DNA from: Blastocystis sp. Blastoise
Taxonomy: Eukaryota; Protista; Bigyra: Opalinata
Direction: 5' to 3'
DNA: 64,000 nt
Assembly: GCA_039096225.1 (NCBI GenBank)
Contig: JBBPEB010000021.1
Location: forward strand, 1 to 64,000
Notes under the pieces: model-generated
Databases searched by the model: none
Told to the model about the DNA's origin: nothing
Seen by the model: the letters and a program-made list of their open reading frames with translations, nothing else
Made by a program: the position numbers and the translations under genes
Shown: piece by piece, positions 1 to 14,483 of the stretch
Position numbering within the stretch: the stretch's first letter is position 1
How the letters are laid out: each line of letters starts with the position of its first letter

Positions 1-3000
1 TGGAGAACAACCTTGAGTAGCAATAAATTGTTGACATTGAGAAGTAGATAAAGTAGCAGCAACTTTAGCAAGTGCTTCAATAGAATCTTGGGAAACAGCA
101 AAAATAGTATCTTTTTCAGCATATAAATATACTTTATAAGCAGTATCCGAAATAAGATTATTAAAAGTAGTTGATTGATCTACATCTACAAGAACAGATA
201 CATGTTGACCATTAATTTTTATAGTTTCAATAGAAGGAACATCATCAGTAGCTAAAGCAGAATATATATATACATCAATAGGAGTAGTAATAGCTAATTT
301 TAAGATTCTATAATTATAAGTAATAGAATCAACAGTAGTAGTTGTAGAAGCAGAGAGACCAAGTTCTAAAGGTTTTTGACTATCAGCAGCAGCGATTTCT
401 TCAATAGAAAGTGTACTATGATGGAAAATAACATTCTTTAAAGATCCTTGGAAATCACCATAAGTACCAGAATAGTAATAAACCATATAAGCTTCTTCTA
501 AAGTACTTATAGTATAACTATCATCAAGTTGAGTAGAGCCTTGTAATTCTTGATCAATATATAAAGAATAAGTCTTTGTTGCCATAGAATAAGTTAATAC
601 AATACTATGCCAAACATCATTATTAACAACAACATTAGAGACAATTTCAGCATTACTACTATGTTTAGCAATAAATCTTAAATAGCCAGAAGAAATATAT
701 AAGAATTTAGATCCAACAGTAGTTAAATAAGCACCATCAGTATAAGAAAGAAGAGTAGCAGTAGCTTTAGTAGTTAAAAGAATGAAAGAAATAGAGAAAT
801 CAGATATATCTTCTCTCATAGGTAACCAGAAATGATTCTTATCAAAACTAATAAGAGAAGAAGATACAGTACTATCGGATATAAGTAATTCAGAATTAGC
901 ATGTATTAATACCTTATTAAGAAGCATGATTTCATTAATAGTAGAGATAGAATCACTCTTACCAGCACAAACAACATAATAATTCTTTGTAATATCAGTA
1001 ATAGGAATAGTTATAGTAGAAATAGAATGTAATGTATATTCAGTAATACTATTTGAACTAGCAACAGTATCAACAGAAGGTATTTCAGTATTTTCTTCAA
1101 TAGCCATACAACCAAATTGAACATTAGTTAAAGTTTCAGGAACACTGTTAGGAATGACATCTACTTTAATAGAATCAGTAGCATGAGATACAGATTTAAT
1201 ACCAACAGCAATATCTTCAGGTTTTTCAGATTTAATAATATCAAAATATTCAGTACTAAGAGCAACACCAGGATAATATTCTAAATCTTTAAAAGCAAGT
1301 GTACTATGAATAGTACGAGGACTTAAATTATTTTCAATACTACCAATAGACATATAATTCTTATCAGGAGTAGTAGCCCAATTAGCTAATAAAGAATTTG
1401 TATAAGTAAGACAAACAGTATTATCAAAGATTACTTCTATTTTCTTTTGAGAATTAGTTTCACTATGAGTATAACGGAATATTAAATATCTCCAAGTATT
1501 ATCAGCTATTTGAGTACAAATACCACTAGTTAAACCATTTGTATCAACACTACTACCCCAAGCATCTAAATGAAGAGTATCATAAGAATCATCAGAATTT
1601 ATATGTCTTGTTTCTAAAATTCTAAAACCATTTCTAGTATATTGAGTACCATCAGTTAAAGCAAATATAGTAGCTCTTGTATCACTATTAGCTTTATACA
1701 TTCTAAACCAACCAGCAACAGTCCAAGATTCATTAGTATTCATTCTCCAAGAAGTAGTTACTTTATGACCACCAGCTTGCATATTATCTAATGATAAATA
1801 AGTAGCAATAGTTTCTATATTAGAAAGAGAAACACATAATGAAGAATCAACATCACTCCAAATACCACCAGCTAAACATGTTCGTTTAGCTATACCTTTA
1901 TATCCAGATTCACAAGAAAGAGTAGTAGTTACACCAATATCAGTAGAAGGCCAATTATCAATAGCTTCACAACGACCTTCAGGGAATATTAAGGTAACAC
2001 TAAGATCTTTTGTGGAATAAGCACTTGAAGCAGTTATAGTATAAGTAAATGATCCAGTAATGGTAGGAGAACCAGATAAAACACCTGTAGTAGTATCAAA
2101 AGAGAAACCTTGAGGTTCAGGAGTAATAGACCAAGAAGATACATTATCTGTTTGAAGAGGAGATATATCTACAATACCATTATCAATAGTATATGTTTCA
2201 AATTCATAATGAACATTAGAGATATCATAAGAAAGAGAATAAGAAGTATCAATTGTAGAAAATTCAAAAGATGTACCATCAACAGCAGAAGTAAAAGAAG
2301 TGAAAGTGTATGTCTCAGGAATAGTAGTAGTACCAGAAGTTAATTTGAAACGCATTGAATTTGCATTATTACCACCATTTCCAAGATTGTATACTGTAGT
2401 AGCCATAGTTGCAGGTTTAGTAACTGATTTAGCAGTATAATAATTAGTACTATAAATAGGACGAATAGCATGAAGAATAACAGTATCAGAGAAAGAGAAT
2501 CTAGAAACAGAACCGAAAGTACCAAGAGCAATTAATTGTTCATAAGTAATTTTAAGAGAAACATCAGTTCTACCTCCAAGAAGATTAAGATCAATAGTCT
2601 TTATACCTGAATCAGTATGTAAATACATAAGAAGAGAAGAAGGAATAAGACCTTTGAAATCAACAAAGAAATAATCTCCAGAAACAAGTTTATCTATAGG
2701 ATAAGTTAACCAAGTATTAGCAGCTAAGTTCTGAGCAATAAGAAGAGAAGGAATAGTATATTTACCAGAAGGAATAGAAGCAGGAGTAATAACAACAGTA
2801 GAAGCGCTTGTAACTTCAAAGGCAAGATGTGAAGTAGCTCTCCAAATAGGTCTATCAATATAAATATGATTTAAGTTTACATTATCAGAAACACGAATAT
2901 CTGTAATTGTACCAATATATAAACCTTGAGGTTTATTGTCACTTAAACCTAAAGCTAAACCATTAGTACCTGATCCAGTACAAAATAAAACAAAATCAGC

Positions 3001-4848
3001 TTGTACATCATCATAAGTATAAGTAGCCTTTTGATTAGCATTTGTGACACCACCATATTGATCCATTAAAGCGATTTTTTCTGTTCCAGCAATAACATTT
3101 GTACCAGTTGTACCAGTAGCAATATGAAGCCAGAAATCCATAGGATTATCAGAAGATGTTACTAAACTGTATGAGACTCCATCAATAGTAACAGCATTAT
3201 CATTAGAACCATATTTATATTGTAAATTACCATTTAATACTCTTTGAATGATACTACCTCCATTAACATCTCTTATAGGTGTACCTGAAGTAATAGTACA
3301 AGTGAATTTACCATATCCTTCATTACCAAAACCAACAGTAAAAGAAGTAATAGCATTACCAGGGAAAGAATTGACACCATAAATACCAATAAGAGGTGAT
3401 TCATTATTATTAAAATAAATACGAGGAACGCCAAAAGTTTCAGTAGGAATGAAAGAAATAAGGAAAGTATCATAAGTAATATAAGAGCAAGTAAGTGTAG
3501 CATCATCTTGATTAATAGTACATTCACTTAAAGTAGGAGAGAAATAGAAATCAGTAAGAGAAGGTACAGGAAGATGAGTAGGAGTAAAAGGAGTAGAAGG
3601 AATATAAGTAATTTCAATATCAATATAAGGAATAGAATTAATAGTTTGACGTTCTTCAGTAAGCATAGAAGAAGTAATAGGTGTATTGACATTATGTATA
3701 TTAATAACTTTAATATATAAAGTACCAAGATCACATTCTTTAGCATACCAAGTAGCACCATAAGGAATAGAACTATCAATCCAAGAATTCATATCATCAA
3801 TATGAGCATTAAGTAAAATAGATTCATTATCATTATATCCTTCTTTATTAATAATACCAGAGACTATACGTAAACCTTGATTACCAACACCACCAACAAT
3901 AGATTTATCAAGATTATATCTATATTCTAAAAGAATAGAAGCTTCAGAAATAGAAGAATCTAAATTAGAATACATAGTTGTTTGACTAATAGGAATATTT
4001 AAAGAAAGAACATGATTTTTAAAGAGGATTGAATCAATAGAATCCTCTTCATTTTGAGTAGATTGAGATTCACCAAGGAATGTTCTAGAATAAGGATGAT
4101 CCCAAGCAAGTATACGATATTTCTGACTACTACCATTTTCAACAGTTTTAATCCAATGCGAGGATAAAGTCTTTTCAGAAATAGTATTTACATATTGAGA
4201 AACAGTAGGAATAGAGAGCCATCCATTAGTAGAAGAACCCATCAAAGTAGCATAATCATCTTGAGAAGATGTTTGAGTGAATTCAAAAGTATTTGTAGTA
4301 GAAGTAGATTTACTAGCATTACCTAAACCAAGAGTCTTTGAAATATGATACAAGAGAAGAGATTCTTGCGAATTCTTCTCAGAAAGAGTTGAGGGTATTG
4401 ATATATAAGGGAAAATAATAGGTTGAGAGGTATAACCAGTAAAAGTGGATAAAGATCCAAGGGAAGAATAAGCAACACGATTACCACCAGAAGAAGTTAA
4501 TATAATCTTAATATTATAATCTCCAGTTGTTTCACTTGTAATTTGATTCATAAAATCAGTATCTGTAGATTCATAACAAGTAGAATCACAAGTAATACAA
4601 TCAGAAACAAAAATATTTTCTGAAGGAAGAGTTATCGAATTACCTAAAAGAAGCTTAAAATAATTAAGTATAGATTCAGTATAAGTCTGAATAGTTTCTG
4701 TTGTCGAGCAAATAGAAGAGTCACTCAAATCATTAACACGGAAGAATGCAACTTTTAAAGCTGTGTTTTGAAGAGGAACCTCTGCATGTGCGCCCATCAG
4801 AAAGGAAGCGAAAAAGACCACACACAATAGCAAAAATGAAGAATTCAT
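1..4848 (-). CDS. Giant intronless secreted/surface protein (>1616 aa, runs off window): signal peptide, degenerate metzincin-like protease domain, putative Ig (He_PIG-like) domain, 4-Cys module, two LamG/ConA-like domains, FN3-like segments
   Basis: ATG at 4848 starts MNSSFLLLCVVFFASFLMGAHAEVP. The frame is open to position 1 and is absent from the ORF track because there is no stop in the window. Motifs: YHISKTLGLGN...DDYATLMG; PQGFSFDTTTGVLSGSPT; CEAIDNWPSTDIGVTTTLSCESGYKGIAKRTCLAGGIW; WTVAGWFR...DNTWRYLIF; NNDVWHSIVLTY...YSLYID. Confidence 0.85.
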   Translation of the reverse strand, partial: MNSSFLLLCVVFFASFLMGAHAEVPLQNTALKVAFFRVNDLSDSSICSTTETIQTYTESILNYFKLLLGNSITLPSENIFVSDCITCDSTCYESTDTDFMNQITSETTGDYNIKIILTSSGGNRVAYSSLGSLSTFTGYTSQPIIFPYISIPSTLSEKNSQESLLLYHISKTLGLGNASKSTSTTNTFEFTQTSSQDDYATLMGSSTNGWLSIPTVSQYVNTISEKTLSSHWIKTVENGSSQKYRILAWDHPYSRTFLGESQSTQNEEDSIDSILFKNHVLSLNIPISQTTMYSNLDSSISEASILLEYRYNLDKSIVGGVGNQGLRIVSGIINKEGYNDNESILLNAHIDDMNSWIDSSIPYGATWYAKECDLGTLYIKVINIHNVNTPITSSMLTEERQTINSIPYIDIEITYIPSTPFTPTHLPVPSLTDFYFSPTLSECTINQDDATLTCSYITYDTFLISFIPTETFGVPRIYFNNNESPLIGIYGVNSFPGNAITSFTVGFGNEGYGKFTCTITSGTPIRDVNGGSIIQRVLNGNLQYKYGSNDNAVTIDGVSYSLVTSSDNPMDFWLHIATGTTGTNVIAGTEKIALMDQYGGVTNANQKATYTYDDVQADFVLFCTGSGTNGLALGLSDNKPQGLYIGTITDIRVSDNVNLNHIYIDRPIWRATSHLAFEVTSASTVVITPASIPSGKYTIPSLLIAQNLAANTWLTYPIDKLVSGDYFFVDFKGLIPSSLLMYLHTDSGIKTIDLNLLGGRTDVSLKITYEQLIALGTFGSVSRFSFSDTVILHAIRPIYSTNYYTAKSVTKPATMATTVYNLGNGGNNANSMRFKLTSGTTTIPETYTFTSFTSAVDGTSFEFSTIDTSYSLSYDISNVHYEFETYTIDNGIVDISPLQTDNVSSWSITPEPQGFSFDTTTGVLSGSPTITGSFTYTITASSAYSTKDLSVTLIFPEGRCEAIDNWPSTDIGVTTTLSCESGYKGIAKRTCLAGGIWSDVDSSLCVSLSNIETIATYLSLDNMQAGGHKVTTSWRMNTNESWTVAGWFRMYKANSDTRATIFALTDGTQYTRNGFRILETRHINSDDSYDTLHLDAWGSSVDTNGLTSGICTQIADNTWRYLIFRYTHSETNSQKKIEVIFDNTVCLTYTNSLLANWATTPDKNYMSIGSIENNLSPRTIHSTLAFKDLEYYPGVALSTEYFDIIKSEKPEDIAVGIKSVSHATDSIKVDVIPNSVPETLTNVQFGCMAIEENTEIPSVDTVASSNSITEYTLHSISTITIPITDITKNYYVVCAGKSDSISTINEIMLLNKVLIHANSELLISDSTVSSSLISFDKNHFWLPMREDISDFSISFILLTTKATATLLSYTDGAYLTTVGSKFLYISSGYLRFIAKHSSNAEIVSNVVVNNDVWHSIVLTYSMATKTYSLYIDQELQGSTQLDDSYTISTLEEAYMVYYYSGTYGDFQGSLKNVIFHHSTLSIEEIAAADSQKPLELGLSASTTTTVDSITYNYRILKLAITTPIDVYIYSALATDDVPSIETIKINGQHVSVLVDVDQSTTFNNLISDTAYKVYLYAEKDTIFAVSQDSIEALAKVAATLSTSQCQQFIATQGCSP

Positions 4849-6237
4849 CTATAGAGATTTGTCATAAATTTGAAATATATTAAAAAACATAGAATATTAA
4901 ATGAAGAAAATAATATATACTTTAAGAATAAAGTCTGTGTACTTCGTTATATTTAAATAAACATAAAAAAGATTTGTATTACCTAAATTTTCAAATGTAT
5001 AGTGATGGCGATAAACGTCAATAGAAACAATGAATAACTTTTTGTATTTATTACATTTTCAAACTAGAGATCAGTTTCATTAACCATGGAAAAGCTGTTG
5101 AAGGTTATTTTTCTGACATGCTAAAAAGATGATTTTTCAAATGATATTTTTAGACGCAAGAATCTCACAAAAATCGTAAAAGAATTTAAATTATTTTTGA
5201 AAATTTTTGTTTATGGCATTTTTGTTGTTTTATGCAATAAATTGTTTAATCGTTTAGTAACTTTAAAAAACTATAGTTCATCCATTTTTTATTTATTACT
5301 GAAATAATGAGCTACATGAATAAGAGGCAACAATAATAATTCACTTTTTGAATAGCTCATAAAGCAAAATAGAGTCATTCTGTACGTAAAATATACTTTG
5401 ACAAATGAATATAAGTGAGAGCCATTAAAGATTAAAATGAAGTAAAACAAAGATCTATTAATCAATCACAGAAACTTAGTATGATTTGTTTGTATTCATA
5501 ATTATCGAGTTCATCAATATTAATTCTATCATATTCATCTGTACAAGTCTACACAAAAGCAGATAAAATTGTTAAGTGAGCAAGTGTGTATAGCTTAACA
5601 TTAGAAGTATATATGGGTTATAATCACTGTATTGGGGAGTGTGTTGAGGGTGAAAAATAAATCGAAAAATAATAATAGTTCGCATTCATTTGCAAATTGA
5701 ATGTGATAACATCTTTGTTCTTTTGTCATATCATCTTATCTTATGTAATATGTTGTGTAGAGAATACATGATTTGCTTCCAGTTACATTCTCAAAAGATC
5801 TTACGACAATGAAGACAAAAGTAAAATACGGCTTATAGCCAATATACGTGGTTCTTGGCAGACCAGGATTTGTTAAAGTTTATTCTGAGTTAAAAGCCTA
5901 GCTAAGAAGGATTTTATTTAACGCGTTGAGGCCTTGAAAATACCCCCCATGAAAGTATCTTGTTTTTTTAATCTTGTATCTCAAGAGAGTTTCTATCGTA
6001 AAACCCATACCAAAAAAGTCAAACAATAATTATGTAAAAATCACGATTATTTATTTTTAAGGTTGTAAAATTTGTACTACATAATTACCTCAACATCCAC
6101 TGAGTTGGTGAAAAAAACAAAAAAAAAACTACTTTTTAAAGCTAGTAGTATTTTGATCCAAATTAAAAGAGAAAAAAAATCGTAATCTAACCACTTTTTA
6201 TTTATTTGTTGATAATTAAAAAAGAGTATTATACGTC

Positions 6238-8440
<2,203 letters not shown>

Positions 8441-9050
8441 AGAGGAATTTCATTCTATATATTTGTTTTTTTCCTTTTTAATGTATATTATATGTGTTAT
8501 TCTTGTTAATATTTACTTATCTCTATGTTAGTTTTACTTAATTATTATTTTTGTTTTCATTATTATAACAAACATCTACATATGTTTTTTTTCTTATTCT
8601 TTTTCATTTATTAATTTCTTAGTATGTTTGTAAATAATTATATTCATTGAATATTTGATTCAATATCTATTTTCATTATTATTTTTTTATGAATATACCA
8701 ATAATAATCATTAAGATTCTTATCAATTCAAAAATATTTTCTTTTTAAAAATTACAATTAAAACTATATATAGTTTATTACTTATATACAAATCAACACA
8801 ACTTACATAATATAAAAAAAAATATTTCTAAAAAAATCTTCTTTTCCTTAAAATATCCAATCTATTTATGTCACTATTATTGTATAAAAATTATAAATTA
8901 TATATATTTTATAACTTAGAGAACAAAACAATCTATTGTTATAACTGATTTTAATAAACATATAATAAGTACTAAATTTACATAAAATAATAAATAAGAA
9001 TTCTAAAAATAATAAATGTATATAAATAATAAAATAATATCAAGAATAAT

Positions 9051-12000
9051 TTAGTGAAGAATATAAATATTAACATTTTTATAATCAATTTTAAATTTCT
9101 TTCCAACATTATCTTTTAAAAACTTTAATAAACCTTCTGAGAATTTTTCTTTAATATTTCCTTCAACATTATAAGTTTCAAGAACTCTATTTTTAAATAA
9201 TTCAAGGAATATATTTTTTTGTTCATTATTTCTGAAACGAAGTTCGGTATAGAAAGCAGTATTTTTAAAGACTTGATCTTGAGTTTCATCAGGTTGTTCA
9301 CCTTGAATCATAAATATATTAACATCAAAATATTCTAAGACTTTATTAGCATCATAAGATTCCGTATGTCCAATAAGTCTAGTAAAAGCACGAGCTAAAG
9401 CATATCGAACATTCATATTAGCTCCTCTAGGATCCATATTTTCAATAACAATTCTAAGATGAACATCAGACCATTTATTAATAGTTGTAGGGAAATATTG
9501 AACATAAGAAGTTGTAGTATAATTCTTAAATATAGCTTCATAATATTTGGTCTTACAATAACGAGTTACAGCACCATCAAATAGAGTTCCAGTAACAGCA
9601 TTAAATGCAGAATAACCATAATAATAAAGTATAGTTATAGGATAAGTAATAGAAGGAATAATATTAATTTTTACTTGATTATCATCAGCATTTTCATAAT
9701 AAGAATAATCAACAGATGTATCTGTAATAGGATAACATACATTAGGAGTAGATTTAGAAAATGCTTCAATAACATCTAATTTATAAATACTCCAGAAATA
9801 ATGTGTTGTTTCAAGTAGTTTATTATTAAGAGCATCCATAAAAGTAGTTTCAAAGAACAAAAATTGAACATCACTTGCAGAATCATATTGAGTATCTACT
9901 ATTATTTCAAGAAGATTACTAAAATCACTAGAATCATTTATAAATTCTATTTTAGTGATATATACATCTTGAATAGGAATAGTAGAAACTTCAGTGATAG
10001 CAAATAAGATTTGTTCTTTAAACCAGAAAGAAGAAGGAACTATATTATATTGAATAGTATCTGTTCTATCAACTATATTAAATACTACTTTTGTATAAGA
10101 ATGACCAGGAATAACAGATTTAATATCATTGCCTTCAAATCTATTTCTATGACAAACAGAATCAATCTTTACAAGAGATGCACGTTTAAGTATAGAATTA
10201 TAAGCACAATAACTTTCAGAAGTAGTATCTGTAATATCATCACAAACTTCTTCATAAGTAGTAATTTCAGGTGTAAGAGAAGCAAGAGTAGGAATATTAT
10301 ATTGTTTACCACAAGTAGGTCTTATATTCATATTATATACATATTCACCAATATTACAATTAAATTGAGTATAAGTAGAAACAGAAAAATGAAATTTAAA
10401 ATATTGTTTTTCTAGACTAACAGTATATTGAGAGTCTATTTCTTGATTTTTAGTTAATTCTACATTTCCATCATAACAAATAATATCACTTATTTGATTA
10501 TCATAAAAGAAAATACTGAAATCTTCATCTTGATTTGCAATAACATTAAGACATGGACCTCTACGAACTAAATCAACTGCTAGATATTTAGTAGTAAGAA
10601 TATATTTATTAACTTCAGTTATAGTAGGAATAAACTTAATATATATCATAGTAGGAGCATCACTTAAATAAGTTCCTGATAATTTTACATTAGTAAGATC
10701 ATCAATAATAGTAGGAATACTAATACCATAATTAGAACAATCAAAAGTAGTTGAGAAATCATTAGAAGAAGAACAAGTTATAGTATATCCAGTAATACCA
10801 ATACATATATTATTTTCTTGTTCACAACTAAGTTTTAATTCAGTTTGATCACCAATAAATTGAGTAATTATTTGAGTATTCTCTAATAAAGTAAGAGAAT
10901 CATAAATATCAAAAGAAACACTTTGTGTAACATATAATTCAAAATCAAAATGGCAATCATTATTAGATACAATATCATTTCTATGATCTTCATTATCTAA
11001 AGGATTATTAAGAACAGAATAATATTCACCTTCAAGAGAAGTATCTAATTGGAAATCACCACCATAATAAGTATTTCCTGTTAATATACTTGATTTAAAC
11101 ATAGAAGGATGAGTTTGTTTTATTACTTTACTTCCATCAAGTTTAGTATAATTAATTTGTTCAACAGAAGAAGTAGTAGACCAAGCAGTACAAGCAACAT
11201 TGGCTCTCTGTTTATTTCTCAGACGAATACGATACGTAGATTTATCTAAACATAAGAAAACTCTGAAATAAGGATCAAAACGACCACCAAGGAAATTAGC
11301 TAAACCATAATATTGAGTAATAGGTTCTTCAGGATATTCACCAGTAATAGAATTACGTTTAAAAACTTCAAAACCTTCAGTACCACCATTAGTAGTAGCT
11401 AATTTATCAAAAACAACAACTCTTTGATTATTAGCACATTCTACAGGACCAAGATGAATAGTAAGAATATTAGAAGTACTACCTGTAGAAGAAGTGAAAG
11501 CGAAATCACCTACAATATAACCAGTATACTTAATTTCATCACTACGTTGTTCAGATAAAGTAGAGAAAGTAACATAAGAATCAGAAGTCCAAGAAAAAGA
11601 TAAACGCATATTGTTACGACTAAGAACATACATTTCTAAAGTATAATCATCTTTAGGTAAACAAACAGCATGTTCAGCAATAAGACCTTTAATTTCAGAA
11701 CCAGAATTCTTTAGAATAGGACCCCAACTAGTAGGAGAGTCATCATTAACATTAATAGTATCTCCTATTAAATCACCTTGAGAATTCTTTAAACTAAAAA
11801 CTTCACTATTTGTATTTCCATTATGAACTCTAGTTACAAGAACAGGATATTCACCAGAAGTAGAACAATCGAATTTTTTTATATTAACAATCTTTTTAGG
11901 CTCATCTTCAGGACCAGTTCGAATAGTAAAAGAAGTAGTTGTGTCAAAATTTGAAGATATTACTTGACCAGAGAAAATATAATCATCGTTTTTGAATTGC

Positions 12001-12161
12001 AATCCAATAGTTGTTTCACCTTCAAAAGTTAATTGTGTTAAATAATTTCCATAAGCTCCAGCATCAATTAGAGTATCATGATTTAATATAAGAGCAATTT
12101 CAGGTCTTATTTCAGCAGCATTAAAAGCATCAATAGATTTGCATGGAGATTTAAATCGTTT
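9051..12161 (-). CDS. Large intronless surface-type protein with Blastocystis-like beta-sandwich repeats and two Cys-module/SEA-like units; true start uncertain
   Basis: 983-aa ORF of the track; frame open up to 12161; repeated CLPKDDYTL...W and LCLDKSTYRIRL...W motif; first in-frame ATG only at 11633. Confidence 0.75.
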   Translation of the reverse strand, partial: KRFKSPCKSIDAFNAAEIRPEIALILNHDTLIDAGAYGNYLTQLTFEGETTIGLQFKNDDYIFSGQVISSNFDTTTSFTIRTGPEDEPKKIVNIKKFDCSTSGEYPVLVTRVHNGNTNSEVFSLKNSQGDLIGDTINVNDDSPTSWGPILKNSGSEIKGLIAEHAVCLPKDDYTLEMYVLSRNNMRLSFSWTSDSYVTFSTLSEQRSDEIKYTGYIVGDFAFTSSTGSTSNILTIHLGPVECANNQRVVVFDKLATTNGGTEGFEVFKRNSITGEYPEEPITQYYGLANFLGGRFDPYFRVFLCLDKSTYRIRLRNKQRANVACTAWSTTSSVEQINYTKLDGSKVIKQTHPSMFKSSILTGNTYYGGDFQLDTSLEGEYYSVLNNPLDNEDHRNDIVSNNDCHFDFELYVTQSVSFDIYDSLTLLENTQIITQFIGDQTELKLSCEQENNICIGITGYTITCSSSNDFSTTFDCSNYGISIPTIIDDLTNVKLSGTYLSDAPTMIYIKFIPTITEVNKYILTTKYLAVDLVRRGPCLNVIANQDEDFSIFFYDNQISDIICYDGNVELTKNQEIDSQYTVSLEKQYFKFHFSVSTYTQFNCNIGEYVYNMNIRPTCGKQYNIPTLASLTPEITTYEEVCDDITDTTSESYCAYNSILKRASLVKIDSVCHRNRFEGNDIKSVIPGHSYTKVVFNIVDRTDTIQYNIVPSSFWFKEQILFAITEVSTIPIQDVYITKIEFINDSSDFSNLLEIIVDTQYDSASDVQFLFFETTFMDALNNKLLETTHYFWSIYKLDVIEAFSKSTPNVCYPITDTSVDYSYYENADDNQVKINIIPSITYPITILYYYGYSAFNAVTGTLFDGAVTRYCKTKYYEAIFKNYTTTSYVQYFPTTINKWSDVHLRIVIENMDPRGANMNVRYALARAFTRLIGHTESYDANKVLEYFDVNIFMIQGEQPDETQDQVFKNTAFYTELRFRNNEQKNIFLELFKNRVLETYNVEGNIKEKFSEGLLKFLKDNVGKKFKIDYKNVNIYILH

Positions 12162-12744
12162 TTAACATATATGCTTGATGGTTTTAACTATTTCATATCT
12201 TTCCAGTTCATCTAAAACCTAAACTAGATAATTGTTATCATAAAAAAAGAAAAAACATATAAAAAAAATCCCCATGAAAATGAATTGACTGCAAGTCATT
12301 ACCGACAGATTTTCCGTGAATATAAAAATATCACTTTTTTAAAATTCTTAAATCATCATTAGAAGAAATTTTCGTTCTAATAGAATCCTGCATCTATATC
12401 AACTACAATCTAATTTGATGAACATAAAGTAGTGCATCCACAAACTATTTCTATATATACTAAAAGAAATTTATAAAAATAGAGTAGCAAATTATTTTAT
12501 AATCCTAAATATAAACAAAGGCCAATAAATTTACACTAAAATGATGGAGTCTATTCTAAAAGAACAAAAAGAATGTAATAGAAAACAATATTAAGTTAAC
12601 AAGAAATGTTTCATTTTGTCTGGTAACAGAAATTACTAATAAATGATATGTATAAAAATTCAGAAAAACAGTGAGAAAAAACTCTTTAAAGAAATTATAT
12701 ATGATTTTTATGAGAATCCATTTTTTTTACTATCTTGGATAAGT

Positions 12745-14241
12745 ATGGACAATAAGTTAATTTATTTAGCCATTATAATCTTGTTGTTTTCCCTTTTAAT
12801 ACAGTATATTTAATTCAAAAGAAAAGTGAATATTCCATTTAGTTTTTCACACGTCATCAGTTCCTCTACAATAGTTCAACTGTTTAGTTTTTGCAAGAAG
12901 AGCTTATATGCTACAAGCAGCGTATTTATATTTTTTTATATAATTAATTCATAACATCATTGTAATAATTGTTTTTAATATATCTTTAGGAATACAGTTT
13001 TGTGTTTATGAAGAATTCTTCGTCTATATTATATACATCAGAACTTTATGATGTTACTTTAGTCACTCAGACTTCGTGAGTTTTTTTTTTTTTTTTTTTT
13101 TTTATTATTTTTTTTTACTATTTTTATATTTTCTTATTATTTTTTAGAAAGGAGCGTATTTTTTATTTTGATCACTTGTTAAAGCGTTGGAAGGGGTATG
13201 CATTAGATTTTTATAATATTATTAATACGTTTTTTTTTAATTTATTTGATTATTTATAAATTTAGACGAATCTCTATTTGTTTATTATATGATGATTCAA
13301 TGGCTGATAGGATAGATATCATTACTGGAAAGAATTATTATAGTCCAAGACTTAGTTTATATCCATATTATTCAAATAATACAAATATTTATCCTGTTAA
13401 TTTATTACGTAATATTGCTATTCAACACGTTATAACAACTCATTTATGGTTAACAGACATGGACATGTGGCCTGCATGTATATTATTGTTATTATGTTTT
13501 ATAATATTTATTATATAGTTAATTTATATGAATCATTAATAACATTACCTGCTTCTATTATTAATGATGATAAAATGGCTGTGATTGTTCCTGCCTTTGA
13601 ATATAATATGACAATTCCCTGTCATTCTCTTGAAGAATGTGTTAGAGTGTATGTAGTTATTATTATTATTTGTTGTTTTATTATTATTATTATTTTTTTT
13701 TTTTTTTTTTTTATTTATAGTCTCTCTGTTTCTTTTCCTGTTAATAAAACAGAACTTATTCAATGTGTTGACAAAGAAATTTGTCATGTATTTAAACATC
13801 TAGTTGGCACACATATATCCTTTTATAATATTCTCTTTTTATTATTACTAATATTTTTTATAATATCATTTTCTTAGTTACTATATTTGTATTATAATCA
13901 TTTATATCTTTTTCGTTAATGAATATACAGATATTTACTTCCTGAATGGTATTCAACAAATGTTAATGTTTCCTGTACACGTGTAAATTGCTTTCCTAAT
14001 AAGTTACAAGAACCATATATATATATCTTCGATTAACACTATAATTCTATATGTATATAATATATCTATAGATATATAATGGTAAGAAAGACTGCATCTT
14101 TACCTATGTTTGATCCTCGTTTTATTAATTATGGTAAAAATAAAATACAATGGATAGAAGAACTTCGATATAAAGGATGGACATTTAGTATACTTACAAA
14201 TTCATTTGCTATTGATATTCCTCATCCTAGGTATATAATAA

Positions 14242-14288
<47 letters not shown>

Positions 14289-14323
14289 TTATTATTATAT
14301 TTATTATTATTATATTTATTATG

Positions 14324-14392
<69 letters not shown>

Positions 14393-14423
14393 TATTATTA
14401 TTATTATTATTATTATTATCTTG

Positions 14424-14483
<60 letters not shown>

